A stretch of DNA of 64,000 nt from Bdellovibrionales bacterium (lineage in GTDB: Bacteria; Bdellovibrionota; Bdellovibrionia; Bdellovibrionales; UBA1609), in NCBI GenBank assembly GCA_041690295.1, contig JAWLHR010000014.1:1-64000 (forward strand). The letters run 5' to 3'. How positions within the stretch are numbered: the stretch's first letter is position 1; each line of letters begins with the position of its first letter. The translations under genes were made by a program, and so were the position numbers. Shown piece by piece: positions 1 to 9,505 of the stretch. The notes under the pieces are model-generated. The model saw only the letters and a list, made by a program, of their open reading frames with translations, made no database searches and had not been told where the DNA came from.

Positions 1-157
1 ATCCCCTGGAGACAGGGTTGCTATAGAATTCAGCAGCTCCGAATGGAAGCGAAAACTTACATTCTAGATGGTGGGGCCCCTGCACCATGGGCATTAGTGG
101 GCAATAAAAACAGTGGCGCCTAAGTACCAAGCCCGAAGGCAACCGATAAATTTTGTT

Positions 158-1177
158 TTACCGAACCGTCTGGCTCGGATCCGGAGCCGGCTGAGAGCGA
201 GGAGTCCCGCCAGGCGCTGAAACCGGCGGGCAGGAATCGAAACTCGCGCCGGAAAAAAGTTTTTGGGCGACAAACTTCAATTTGGCCTTCAAGCGATCCG
301 TGGCCGGCTTGCTTCCTTCGATCACTCCATACCGATGAGCCACACAGGTTTCAGCGAAATCCTCTTGCACACTCCCGGTGCCATAAGATGAAGCGAAATT
401 CCCTTCAATGTTCTTCTTGAAAGCCGCATCGCGCTTAATAAATTCGTCCATTGTAATTTTACGTGACGTGAGGAGACGAAGGTTTACGCCTTTCTGGTTG
501 ATCGTTTGGTCAAGCGACAACCACTCGTCGCTTTGATCCAATTGACCGCGATGATCCGCGGCCACATGGCAGATCTCGTGAACGATCATGATTTTGTCTT
601 CTAAATTCTTCAGCCGATCATCGTCCGAATTCAGTTCGATTACGGGCCGATCATAGTAATTCACATAAGACCCAGAAACACCTTCAATATCGGTTCTCAT
701 TATGGAAAGCGACTGGTTCTTCGGGATCAGGTGGGGCGAGACGTCCCGAGCCGCCATGATCAGAATATCAAGTTGCGAAGATTCAAACGGCTTAATTCTT
801 TCCCGCTTGAGAACTCTCGAGTGGGGTTGACCATCCTTGACAATCGGTACTGTCTGAAGATGAGAAGCGTTGATATTGTACTTATCCAGCAAATAGACGA
901 GTCGATCGAAACCGTCTTCGCCAAGCGCGCACTTCGTGGCCGCGATACGGTCCGGATTTTTACAGCGGGCCGGGATGCTGGCACTCTCGGCGATTAATTT
1001 GCGACTGATGGACTCCAGATTAGAAGGATCAAGCGCGCGGACGTGACTTTTAATTTCTTGCAATGAAACAGGTGTCTTTTGCTGGCATCGCCCCTGTTGA
1101 GCGGCTTTCTTCCAGAATTCCGCTTCATTGGCCTGAACGATTGTGGCGGCAAGAAAATAGATAAAGACGAAATTCAT
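158..1177 (-). CDS. Secreted putative zinc metallopeptidase (zincin, HExxH)
   Basis: Signal peptide; HEICH motif followed by SxYG...EDFAE, typical of zincin-like peptidases; Pro-rich tail. Confidence 0.6.
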   Translation of the reverse strand: MNFVFIYFLAATIVQANEAEFWKKAAQQGRCQQKTPVSLQEIKSHVRALDPSNLESISRKLIAESASIPARCKNPDRIAATKCALGEDGFDRLVYLLDKYNINASHLQTVPIVKDGQPHSRVLKRERIKPFESSQLDILIMAARDVSPHLIPKNQSLSIMRTDIEGVSGSYVNYYDRPVIELNSDDDRLKNLEDKIMIVHEICHVAADHRGQLDQSDEWLSLDQTINQKGVNLRLLTSRKITMDEFIKRDAAFKKNIEGNFASSYGTGSVQEDFAETCVAHRYGVIEGSKPATDRLKAKLKFVAQKLFSGASFDSCPPVSAPGGTPRSQPAPDPSQTVR

Positions 1178-1274
1178 AATGGACGACAGCCCTGAATCTT
1201 TAGACCCTGATTAAATCTTATCGAGTGGCGGCTTAGCGGGCAAGAGCGGCCCGGACTTCCGGCTCAGACGGACA

Positions 1275-1829
1275 CTAATTCCCAAACCAAACCCAAAGAC
1301 CAAAGACGATAAAAAGTCCGGCGCTGAACATGCGGATCCAGCGCATGGGAATTTTCTCATTAATCTTTTCGCCACAAAAAACCGCCAAGCCGTCGGCGGC
1401 GAGCATTCCCAAAGTGGTGCCGGCGGTGACAAGCGCCACATCGCCGTAGCGGGCGGCCAATGCCACCGTGGAAAGCTGGGTTTTATCGGCCATCTCCGCG
1501 AAAAAAAACGCGATGAGTGTGGTCAAAAACGCGCCGTATTTGCCGGTGATCTTGGTCTCATCCTCACGATCGGGAATCAAGACCCAAACAGCGAAAGCCA
1601 GGAACACCGAACCCAATCCGATGTTCAAATAGTTTTGCGGAATGTTCGAAGCGACCCATTGTCCCGACCAGGCCGCGAGCCCATGATTCAAAATCGTGGC
1701 CACCAGAATTCCCGCAAGTATGCTCCACGTTTTTTTAAAACGACACGCCAGGAGAAGTGCCAGCAATTGGGTTTTGTCACCCATCTCAGTGGCCGCGACC
1801 AAAAGAAAGGAGTTGGCGATGATTTCCAT
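1275..1829 (-). CDS. TMEM165/GDT1 (UPF0016) family Mn2+/Ca2+ transporter
   Basis: Two copies of the family motif (EMGDKTQ, EMADKTQ); hydrophobic. Confidence 0.92.
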   Translation of the reverse strand: MEIIANSFLLVAATEMGDKTQLLALLLACRFKKTWSILAGILVATILNHGLAAWSGQWVASNIPQNYLNIGLGSVFLAFAVWVLIPDREDETKITGKYGAFLTTLIAFFFAEMADKTQLSTVALAARYGDVALVTAGTTLGMLAADGLAVFCGEKINEKIPMRWIRMFSAGLFIVFGLWVWFGN

Positions 1830-1901
1830 TCTACTGAGACAGTCATTCTCCTCTGACTGAAAGTCAAATTTTTCCTTTCGCGTTACAGACTGAGACGAAC
1901 G

Positions 1902-1928
1902 TTAAGATTCCCCCGAAACCACCGATAA
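1902..1928 (+). promoter_or_regulatory. Putative sigma-28 (FliA) promoter
   Basis: TTAAGATT-N11-ACCGATAA vs consensus TAAAGTTT-N11-GCCGATAA, 8 nt before ATG 1937. Confidence 0.6.
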
Positions 1929-1936
1929 GAATTTAT

Positions 1937-2413
1937 ATGCGGCTACTACGGATGGCTCCCGTATTTCTGATGGTGACCGGACTCGTTTTGATCGGAAATG
2001 CCTTTTCTCCAATCGATCAAAAACCCCAATTCATTAAAAAGCTCAATGAGAAAATCCCAAGTTTAAAAGCGGCGATTGCCCCATCAGAAGAAGATGATGA
2101 GGCCGATGAAATGCCGCCCAAAAAATACGTCAAAATCGACGGACAGATTTTTGAGTACAATCCGCGCAATGTGTATAACGTCAAGGGCGTGCCGACCTAT
2201 TACATACCCAGCAAAATGGACTTCGTGAAAGTCGAAACCGCGAAGACCGCGGATGCGGCACCTAAAAAAGAATTACCCGTACATCAAATGATGAAGGATT
2301 CTCCTTATAAGGTCTATTCACCCAGTGGAGTCCGGGCCGTTATCGACAGCGCCCGCCAACTGCAAAAAGATTCCGTCGAGCGGATCGAGCAGTTGGAAAA
2401 AATGAGTCAATAA
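1937..2413 (+). CDS. Hypothetical exported/membrane-anchored protein
   Basis: 158-aa ORF, N-terminal hydrophobic segment, upstream FliA-like promoter. Confidence 0.7.
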   Translation: MRLLRMAPVFLMVTGLVLIGNAFSPIDQKPQFIKKLNEKIPSLKAAIAPSEEDDEADEMPPKKYVKIDGQIFEYNPRNVYNVKGVPTYYIPSKMDFVKVETAKTADAAPKKELPVHQMMKDSPYKVYSPSGVRAVIDSARQLQKDSVERIEQLEKMSQ

Positions 2414-2415
2414 AA

Positions 2416-3240
2416 TCAAACGCGCGCCCGCGCCTGCATGAAAGAATACATGAACACGCCATCGGGATGGTCTTGGACCGCCTGCAATTCCTCTTTGGCG
2501 GCCGTGACCACCGACTCTTCAACATACTTGGCGTTGATCAACTGCTCCGCGCCGCTCATTAAGAGCTCCGTCCAATAAGCCAGCATTTTCTTACGCGCTT
2601 CAGGTGATCGTTTGTCAAAAAACCAAGTTTTGATTTTCGTGCCCACATCTTTAAAACCGGCATCGCTCAAAAAATTGCCAAGCTTGGCACCGACGAAGGG
2701 ATCGCCGGCGCCGTCATATTGGTAATCGTTAAAAGCCATCCAATATTTCCAGACGTTGGGTGAATAGGGATCAAGAAAAAAGGTGGAATTCATGACTTCG
2801 GTGACAAAGATCTTTCCACCCGCCTTGAGCACCCTTCGAACTTCACGCAGGATTTTTTGCGGATCCTTGACATGCTCCAATATCCAACACAAGAAGGCCC
2901 CATCAAAGGAGCCGTCGGGGAATTCCATTTCGTGGGCGTCCATCTTTAGAATCTCGTACCGGCCGGCATAGGATTCATTCCGGCCGAGAAACTCTTTCGC
3001 GGCCGCGAGCTGCACGTCACTCATGTCGATTCCGGTGACATGGATTTTGGGAAACCGGCGAAGCAGGATGTCCGTTTGCGCCCCCACCCCGCAGCCGACC
3101 TCTAAAATGCGCCGGCACTCGGTAAAGTCCACATCACGATAGACTTGGAATTCACCGAACTCGGCCTGCCGCCTTAGCCGCTGTTGTTCGTCCGGGTTGA
3201 ACCCATGAAGATAGGGAAATGGTGTGTTGTGGCCGCCCAT
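2416..3240 (-). CDS. Class I SAM-dependent methyltransferase
   Basis: ILEVGCGVG motif I, GID, FDGAF..WILEH. Confidence 0.9.
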   Translation of the reverse strand: MGGHNTPFPYLHGFNPDEQQRLRRQAEFGEFQVYRDVDFTECRRILEVGCGVGAQTDILLRRFPKIHVTGIDMSDVQLAAAKEFLGRNESYAGRYEILKMDAHEMEFPDGSFDGAFLCWILEHVKDPQKILREVRRVLKAGGKIFVTEVMNSTFFLDPYSPNVWKYWMAFNDYQYDGAGDPFVGAKLGNFLSDAGFKDVGTKIKTWFFDKRSPEARKKMLAYWTELLMSGAEQLINAKYVEESVVTAAKEELQAVQDHPDGVFMYSFMQARARV

Positions 3241-3336
3241 ATGGGGTCATTTTTTAGCATAAATTTTTAAGATTTCCTCGCGTATTTTTTGGGGTTGGGA
3301 TTAAATAATTCCGGGGAAACTTAGGGGGAAATCAAA

Positions 3337-4545
3337 ATGTCCACGAAACGTGTTCTTTTGGTTTATAGTGGAGGCCTGGACACTTCGATTTGCATTCCGA
3401 TGATGCGCGAAGAATACGGTTACGATGAGGTCGTCACCGTCACCGTGGATGTGGGTCAAGATCCGGCCGATATCGAACAGGCGGCGAGCAAAGCCCATCT
3501 TTTGAAAACCAAACATTTTACCGTGGATGCCAAAGAGGAATTCGTGCGCGACTTCTGCTGGCCATCAGTGCGGGCCAATGGAGACTACCAAGGCTATCCC
3601 ATGTCCACGTCGATCGCCCGGCCGCTGATCGCCGTCAGGGCCGTGGAACTGGCGCGCGAGTTGAATATCACTTCCTTCGCCCATGGCTGCACCGGCAAGG
3701 GCAACGATCAATTTCGAATTGAATTCGGGATTCGGGCCCTCATGCCCGAGGCCACGATTCATGCCCCGATTCGCGAGCGCAATCTCACCCGTTCCTGGGA
3801 AATCAATTATGCCCAAGAAAAAGCGATTCCCGTCCAACAATCCCTCACCAAAATCTGGTCAGTGGACGAAAATCTCTGGGGCCGCTCCATCGAAGGCGGT
3901 CGCTTGGAACAACCGGATTACAATCCACCGGAAGAGATCTTTAAGTGGACCCGTTCCAGTGAGGACGCGGAGAAAGAGCCGGCGAAGATCAAACTGGAAT
4001 TTAAAAACGGTGTGCCGGTCAGTTTGGATGGCCGTCCATTGTCGCCCGCCGAATTGGTCTCAGAGGCGAATCGATTGGCCGGCCGTCATGCCATTGGCCG
4101 GATTGATGTAATGGAAGACCGGATGATGGGACTGAAGGTCCGCGAAAATTACGAGTGCCCCGGTGCCACCTTGATCCTGCGGGCCCATAAGTCCCTGGAG
4201 AATCTGGTTCTCACCCGTGATGAGATCCGCATGAAAGCGCTGGTCGATCAGGAATGGAGCCGCCTCGCTTATGAGGGCTTGTGGTGGGACCCCCTAAAGG
4301 AAGATCTCGAGGCCTTCATCGAATCCACGCAAAAACGCGTGACCGGCGAAGTGGAGTTGCGCCTTCATCGCGGTCAATTGAGCGTGATCGGTCGCAGCTC
4401 CCCCTGGGCGCTTTATTCCGAAGACCTGGCGTCCTTTGACTCGCAGACGATGGATCAACGGGAAAGCAGCGGTTGGGTTAAGAATTTTGGATTACAATCA
4501 CGGATGTACGCCACCGTCAGGCAGAAAATGGCCAAGGAGCTTTGA
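3337..4545 (+). CDS. argG: Argininosuccinate synthase
   Basis: YSGGLDTS, HGCTGKGNDQ, SVDENLWGRSIEGG motifs. Confidence 0.97.
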   Translation: MSTKRVLLVYSGGLDTSICIPMMREEYGYDEVVTVTVDVGQDPADIEQAASKAHLLKTKHFTVDAKEEFVRDFCWPSVRANGDYQGYPMSTSIARPLIAVRAVELARELNITSFAHGCTGKGNDQFRIEFGIRALMPEATIHAPIRERNLTRSWEINYAQEKAIPVQQSLTKIWSVDENLWGRSIEGGRLEQPDYNPPEEIFKWTRSSEDAEKEPAKIKLEFKNGVPVSLDGRPLSPAELVSEANRLAGRHAIGRIDVMEDRMMGLKVRENYECPGATLILRAHKSLENLVLTRDEIRMKALVDQEWSRLAYEGLWWDPLKEDLEAFIESTQKRVTGEVELRLHRGQLSVIGRSSPWALYSEDLASFDSQTMDQRESSGWVKNFGLQSRMYATVRQKMAKEL

Positions 4546-5918
4546 TGGCGCTTTGGGGCGGACGGTTTGAAATGGAAACCGATGAACTGATGCGTGAGTT
4601 TTCCTCGAGCCTTGCTTTTGATCAAAGGCTTTGGCTCGCGGATATCCGGGCCAGTCTCGCCCATGTGAAAATGCTGGGCGAGCAAAAGATATTGTCTCCC
4701 TCGGACACTGAAAAGATCATCTCGGGTCTGAATGAAATCCGCGAAGACCTGCTCACCGGAAAAGCTCAATTCAATCCGGATGCCGAAGACGTGCATGGTG
4801 AAATTGAGCGTCTTTTGATCGAGAAAATCGGTGAACCCGCTAAACGCATGCACACTGCGCGAAGCCGTAACGATCAAGTGAGCACGTCCACTCGGCTTTA
4901 CTTGAAAGAGCAGATCGAAATTCTGTCCAACGACCTCATTGAACTCCAGCGAATCATAGTCAACATCGCCGAATCCCATGTCGAAACCATTCTCCCCGGC
5001 ATGACTCACCTGCAACATGCGCAACCGGTCAGCCTCGCCCATCACCTTTTGGCCTACTTCTGGATGTTCGAGCGCGATAAAGATCGGTTTCACGATGCCG
5101 AGCGCCGGATCATGGCTTCACCTCTGGGAGCGGCGGCCCTGGCGGGCTCGGGCTTTCCCATCACCCGTGAACGAACCGCGAAAGATCTGGGGTTCACCTC
5201 GGTCATGGAAAACTCGCTGGACGCGGTTTCGGATCGAGATTTTGTTTTGGAGTTTTTAAGTCACGCGGCCATTTGCATGATGCATCTTTCGCGGCTTTGT
5301 GAAGAGTTGATCCTGTGGTCCACACCGGAATTCAGTTTTGTGGAACTGAGTGAAAAGGTCACCACGGGATCATCCATCATGCCCCAAAAAAAGAATCCCG
5401 ACGCCGCGGAACTGATTCGTGGTCGAACCGGCCGGGTGTTCGGCGCCTTGGTCGGCGCCCTAACCATGATGAAGGCTTTGCCCCTGAGTTATAATCGCGA
5501 CATGCAAGAGGATAAGATTCACTTGTTCAGCAGCCTCGATACGCTGCGAGTCTCGATTCGGCTGATGTCACTCGTTCTTAAGACGGCCGAATGGAAGGTG
5601 GATCGCATGGCCGCGGCCGTGAAGGGCGATTTTTCCAACGCCACCGATCTCGCCGACGATCTGGCGGAAAAAGGCGTGCCATTTCGCGAAGCCCATGAAG
5701 TCGTGGGGCAAGTGGTGCGAGATTGCATCAAAGACCGGATCGCTTTGGAAGAGCTCAGCCTGGAACAGCTCCGCCACTACCATCCTCGGTTTGATGAAGT
5801 ATCAAAAGCAAAGCTCGATCCCATTCGCGTCCTCTCCGCGCGCAACTCCTTCGGCGGCACGGCCCCCAAGCGGGTTCGCGAACAAATCGAGTTGGCCAAG
5901 TCACGGCTAAATCAGTGA
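4545..5918 (+). CDS. argH: Argininosuccinate lyase
   Basis: LWGGRF, RSRNDQV, GSSIMPQKKNPD; TGATG overlap with argG. Confidence 0.97.
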   Translation: MALWGGRFEMETDELMREFSSSLAFDQRLWLADIRASLAHVKMLGEQKILSPSDTEKIISGLNEIREDLLTGKAQFNPDAEDVHGEIERLLIEKIGEPAKRMHTARSRNDQVSTSTRLYLKEQIEILSNDLIELQRIIVNIAESHVETILPGMTHLQHAQPVSLAHHLLAYFWMFERDKDRFHDAERRIMASPLGAAALAGSGFPITRERTAKDLGFTSVMENSLDAVSDRDFVLEFLSHAAICMMHLSRLCEELILWSTPEFSFVELSEKVTTGSSIMPQKKNPDAAELIRGRTGRVFGALVGALTMMKALPLSYNRDMQEDKIHLFSSLDTLRVSIRLMSLVLKTAEWKVDRMAAAVKGDFSNATDLADDLAEKGVPFREAHEVVGQVVRDCIKDRIALEELSLEQLRHYHPRFDEVSKAKLDPIRVLSARNSFGGTAPKRVREQIELAKSRLNQ

Positions 5919-7031
5919 TTCGAGTGGAACCATCCAATTCAAGGTGTCTTCGGCTTTGCCGTATTGCACATTGGTGATGGTTTCATAAAGCATGCGCGTA
6001 ACACCGCCCACATCACCACCTTGAATGGTGTAATCCCGTCCTCGGAAATGCAATTCTCCGATCGGCGAAATCACCGCCGCCGTGCCGGTGCCGAACGCTT
6101 CCAACAGCCGCCCTTCACTATGATGTTTGAGCAATTCACTGATGGTGATTCGTCTTTCGACAATCGGCATGCGCCGGGATTTTAAAAGTTCAATCACGGC
6201 TTCACGGGTGGAGCCGGGCAGAATGCTGCCGTTCAAAGCCGGCGTGACAATCTCCCCTTTTAAGACCCAGAACACGTTCATGGTGCCGACTTCCTCGATT
6301 CCTTCGTGTTCCGCGTCCAGCCACAGCACTTGATCGCAGCCGTTCTTGTTGGCACGAACCGCGCTTTGAAAGCTGGCGGCATAGTTGGCGCCGGCTTTGG
6401 TCGCCCCAAGTCCACCGGGCACCGCACGGACCGCATTTTCCTCGACCCAAATTCTCACCGGTTGTGATTGACCCGAGAAATAAGCGCCGACCGGCGAGAG
6501 GATCACGAAATACATCGCCTCTTTGGACGGCTGAGCTTTAATATGCGGCTCCGTCCCGATGAGAGTGGGCCGAATGTAAAGCGAAGAGCCTTGAGCGGTG
6601 GGCACCCATCGGGCATCCACCGAAATCAGCTCTTTTAAAGAAGTCATAAACAATTCGCGAGTGGGCGCGGGCAAGCAAAGCCGCTCGGCCCCGGCTTGCA
6701 TGCGCCGACAATTAAATTCCGGCCGAAACAAAGCAATTTGGCCATTCGGTTGCTTATAGGCTTTAAGCCCTTCAAATAAGTCCTGGCCATAGTGGAAGAC
6801 TGAAGCGCTGGGCGAGAGGGCGACCGTGCCAAAGGGTTCGATTCGCCAATTATGCCAACCTTTTTCCACATTATAGTCACTGAAGAAGCAATGATCGGTG
6901 AAGATCTTCCCGAATTGAAGGTTATCGCCATCCGGTAACGGTTTCAGCGAACTCGCGTAACGATGGACCACCTTTGGCTTTTTCTCGGGTGAAAAAGTTA
7001 AACCTTCGCCAGCCGCAATGATCCCGTGCAT
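5907..7031 (-). CDS. ilvE: Branched-chain amino acid aminotransferase
   Basis: HYGQDLFEGLKAY, KAGANYA (PLP Lys), EEVGTMN, FGTGTAAVISP. Confidence 0.95.
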   Translation of the reverse strand: MHGIIAAGEGLTFSPEKKPKVVHRYASSLKPLPDGDNLQFGKIFTDHCFFSDYNVEKGWHNWRIEPFGTVALSPSASVFHYGQDLFEGLKAYKQPNGQIALFRPEFNCRRMQAGAERLCLPAPTRELFMTSLKELISVDARWVPTAQGSSLYIRPTLIGTEPHIKAQPSKEAMYFVILSPVGAYFSGQSQPVRIWVEENAVRAVPGGLGATKAGANYAASFQSAVRANKNGCDQVLWLDAEHEGIEEVGTMNVFWVLKGEIVTPALNGSILPGSTREAVIELLKSRRMPIVERRITISELLKHHSEGRLLEAFGTGTAAVISPIGELHFRGRDYTIQGGDVGGVTRMLYETITNVQYGKAEDTLNWMVPLESLI

Positions 7032-7172
7032 ATTCCCTCCCCAGGCCGGAAAGGTCCGAGCATAACATTCATGATTTTCTGGTTACAATTCTCAACTTGA
7101 GACAATAAAAGTATTGTAGTGCGACGCGAAACCTGCCGATAGGCTAGGAAAATAATCTGGAGAAGGTACGTT

Positions 7173-7601
7173 ATGCGAATTTTACTACTGATCAGTTTTT
7201 TACTGCTCATTATCCCCGCTTGGGCCAAGTCGAATCAGGCCACCCCCGCGCAAAAGGTCAAAAAAGCCAAAACAATCAAGAAAGCACATAAGGCGAAAAA
7301 AGAAAAAAAGATCGCCAAACTTGGAAAGTCCAATAAGCCCGCTAAGTTGAAAAAACAAAAGCGTAAGACGGCTAAAGCCAAAAAGGACAAAGCCTTTAAA
7401 AAGCCTGGTGTCCGAAAAAAGGTGGTTCACTTCTCAAGACGCAAGCCCCGCGCGCACCAGATCGCGCAGTATAAAGTTCCCACGAAGAATGTGACCGTGA
7501 TCCATGAGCCCGGTTCTCTGGGATTAAAGGATCATGTGAACGTTCCCGCGCGCGCCGAATCTCCCTTCCTTAGAAGGAAGCCGCGGCCTCGCGCGCAGTG
7601 A
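7173..7601 (+). CDS. Exported lysine-rich hypothetical protein
   Basis: Signal peptide (PAWA), then long K/A-rich low-complexity tract; GAAGG RBS. Confidence 0.7.
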   Translation: MRILLLISFLLLIIPAWAKSNQATPAQKVKKAKTIKKAHKAKKEKKIAKLGKSNKPAKLKKQKRKTAKAKKDKAFKKPGVRKKVVHFSRRKPRAHQIAQYKVPTKNVTVIHEPGSLGLKDHVNVPARAESPFLRRKPRPRAQ

Positions 7602-8504
7602 TTAATTGTTTCGGGTAATCACGATACGATCTCGGAAGTCGCTGAAGAACAAAGCGATATCCATCCGCACCCGGGCCAAATCATCGGCCGGTGAAAAATA
7701 CCGATTAATCAAGGGACGGTAAAGTTCCGCGAGGGCCGGATTACCGCCGCCCTCGTATCGATGATACCAGGCCAGCGAACCCATCACCGGATTCCGTTCG
7801 CCCAAAACCGTGTTGCCCAAATTGGGTTCACGAGTCAGCGAATACAGCTGGCGATGGAGCCAGGAAATCGGCGTGGGCTTGAACTTCACCGCCAGCAGAT
7901 GGGCGATGATTGTGTTGTTATCGTCCACATCCCGGGGTTCCCTCATCCTAAGCCGCTTGTTGGTCTTTTCCCAATGGAGCGGAATCAGACTCACCAGTGT
8001 GCCCAGCATGTCGAGCGTATCCGTCACGAAGAGAAGCGGATAAAGAGGCATTGTCCAAATTCCGCCCGAGCGGATGAACAAGCCCAAATGAAAGACCATC
8101 GTGTCCGGGATCTTCTTATCGGTTTGACCGTCTCCGGCACGAACCGTGTTCTGGGCGAAAAAACCGCGTTTGACGGTGTTCTTAAACAGGCGCCAAAGCC
8201 GCGGGTAATCCTGATAGGCGCCGCAATAGGCGATCAAAGGAACAAGCTGATCGCGCGAAGTTGTGTCGGGATTGGAATACCATTTTTGCGGATCCGGGTG
8301 ACGCACAAAAATCCCCGGTCGAACTTCGAATTTGTCGATGATCTTCTTTGGATCCTGCCGCTCCGGCGGATCACTGATAAAAAAAGTGTTTTGGGATTCA
8401 TCATACCGGAGCCATTTCCCAAAAGCGTACATCCCCTCCCGGTGTAACGAATCCCCGCCGTCACCGTCCTGTTGGACTATAATGGCATAGGCGTCCACGA
8501 ACAT
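7602..8504 (-). CDS. Hypothetical protein
   Basis: 300-aa ORF with motif-like DGDGGDS, VRHPD, SRDQ, DVDDNN; TATACT 9 nt upstream. Confidence 0.7.
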   Translation of the reverse strand: MFVDAYAIIVQQDGDGGDSLHREGMYAFGKWLRYDESQNTFFISDPPERQDPKKIIDKFEVRPGIFVRHPDPQKWYSNPDTTSRDQLVPLIAYCGAYQDYPRLWRLFKNTVKRGFFAQNTVRAGDGQTDKKIPDTMVFHLGLFIRSGGIWTMPLYPLLFVTDTLDMLGTLVSLIPLHWEKTNKRLRMREPRDVDDNNTIIAHLLAVKFKPTPISWLHRQLYSLTREPNLGNTVLGERNPVMGSLAWYHRYEGGGNPALAELYRPLINRYFSPADDLARVRMDIALFFSDFRDRIVITRNN

Positions 8505-8730
8505 AATACCGACAGTATATAAAAACCATTGAACTACCGCCGCAAGCGGTATTGATCTGAGACAGTGTCGTCAATTGAATTCGGTTATTGTAAATTGACT
8601 ACGAGTTAATCAAAATTTTGTTAATAGCAGACCGCGACTTTTTATTATGTTCCATTGTCTCATCTGAAATTCTGGACCTATATCCAGGTGGCTTTGACTC
8701 CGCCCCCTCGATCCGGACTAGAATAGGCCC

Positions 8731-9333
8731 ATGCTAAAAACACTCACTCTACTTTTGGTTGGTTGCATCTCATTCAGTGTGTCGCATTCGGCATACGCAT
8801 TTTCTTCACCCTTGTCCGTGGGCATCGTTCCGCCCATTCAATTTCCGACTTCGGATTTCTCGGTCACGGGCGTTCGGGCCAGCGTTCTTTGGGGCCGGCA
8901 TCGCGACATGTATGGAATCGATGTCGGGCTTCTTGGCAATGTCACCGAACAAGAGTTCGTTGGAATCGCGCTCTCCGGCGGATTCAACTACACGAGCGGA
9001 AACACGACCGCCATCGGCGGACAGATTTCGGGCCTCGGAAATTTCAACACCAATAAGACTGACGTTTACGGCGTTCAGGCGGCGGGACTTTTAAACAAGA
9101 ACGACGCCGCCTCCAGCGTGAATGGTCTCCAGATCGCGGTGGCGAACCTCGCGCCCCACACTGTCGTGCGCGGCGTGCAGGCGGGAATCTACAATCGCGC
9201 GCTCGCCGTCTATGGATTTCAGATTGGATTGGTCAATCGGGCCGACAATCTGCATGGTCTGCAGATCGGCTTGATCAATTTCCACCATAAAGGGACATTC
9301 GCCGTCTCCCCATTTCTCAATTTCGGCTGGTGA
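8731..9333 (+). CDS. LA_2272-family surface repeat protein
   Basis: Signal peptide; tandem GxQxGxxN repeats; C-terminal PFLNFGW. Confidence 0.85.
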   Translation: MLKTLTLLLVGCISFSVSHSAYAFSSPLSVGIVPPIQFPTSDFSVTGVRASVLWGRHRDMYGIDVGLLGNVTEQEFVGIALSGGFNYTSGNTTAIGGQISGLGNFNTNKTDVYGVQAAGLLNKNDAASSVNGLQIAVANLAPHTVVRGVQAGIYNRALAVYGFQIGLVNRADNLHGLQIGLINFHHKGTFAVSPFLNFGW

Positions 9334-9505
9334 CCCGGAAAGACACGCCGAAATCAAAAAATGTAGTCACCGGCTAATATTTTCACAGTCCGGGCCGCCC
9401 TCCTTGCGGCCTAAACGCTTATAGTGAGCACCGGCTTTGCACATTTCCTACTACGTTGAACTGCCGAATGCGTTTCAAAACAAAACGTCGGCCGGGAGGT
9501 AACGC

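Noticed and set aside
1..123. 3' end of an upstream CDS
   Set aside because: Two plus-strand frames are open; too short to decide
1830..1936. yybP-ykoY Mn riboswitch upstream of the TMEM165 gene
   Set aside because: Plausible for the family, but no recognisable conserved core and little space
7761..8447. 228-aa plus-strand ORF and similar overlapping ORFs (e.g. 22355, 28147, 44314, 46322)
   Set aside because: Antisense shadows of better-supported genes
9334..9505. c-di-GMP-I riboswitch (contains GGCCTAAAC) or sigma-54 promoter
   Set aside because: Lacks the GGCAAA...GAAA...GACGCAAAGC elements; the -24 box is AG, not GG
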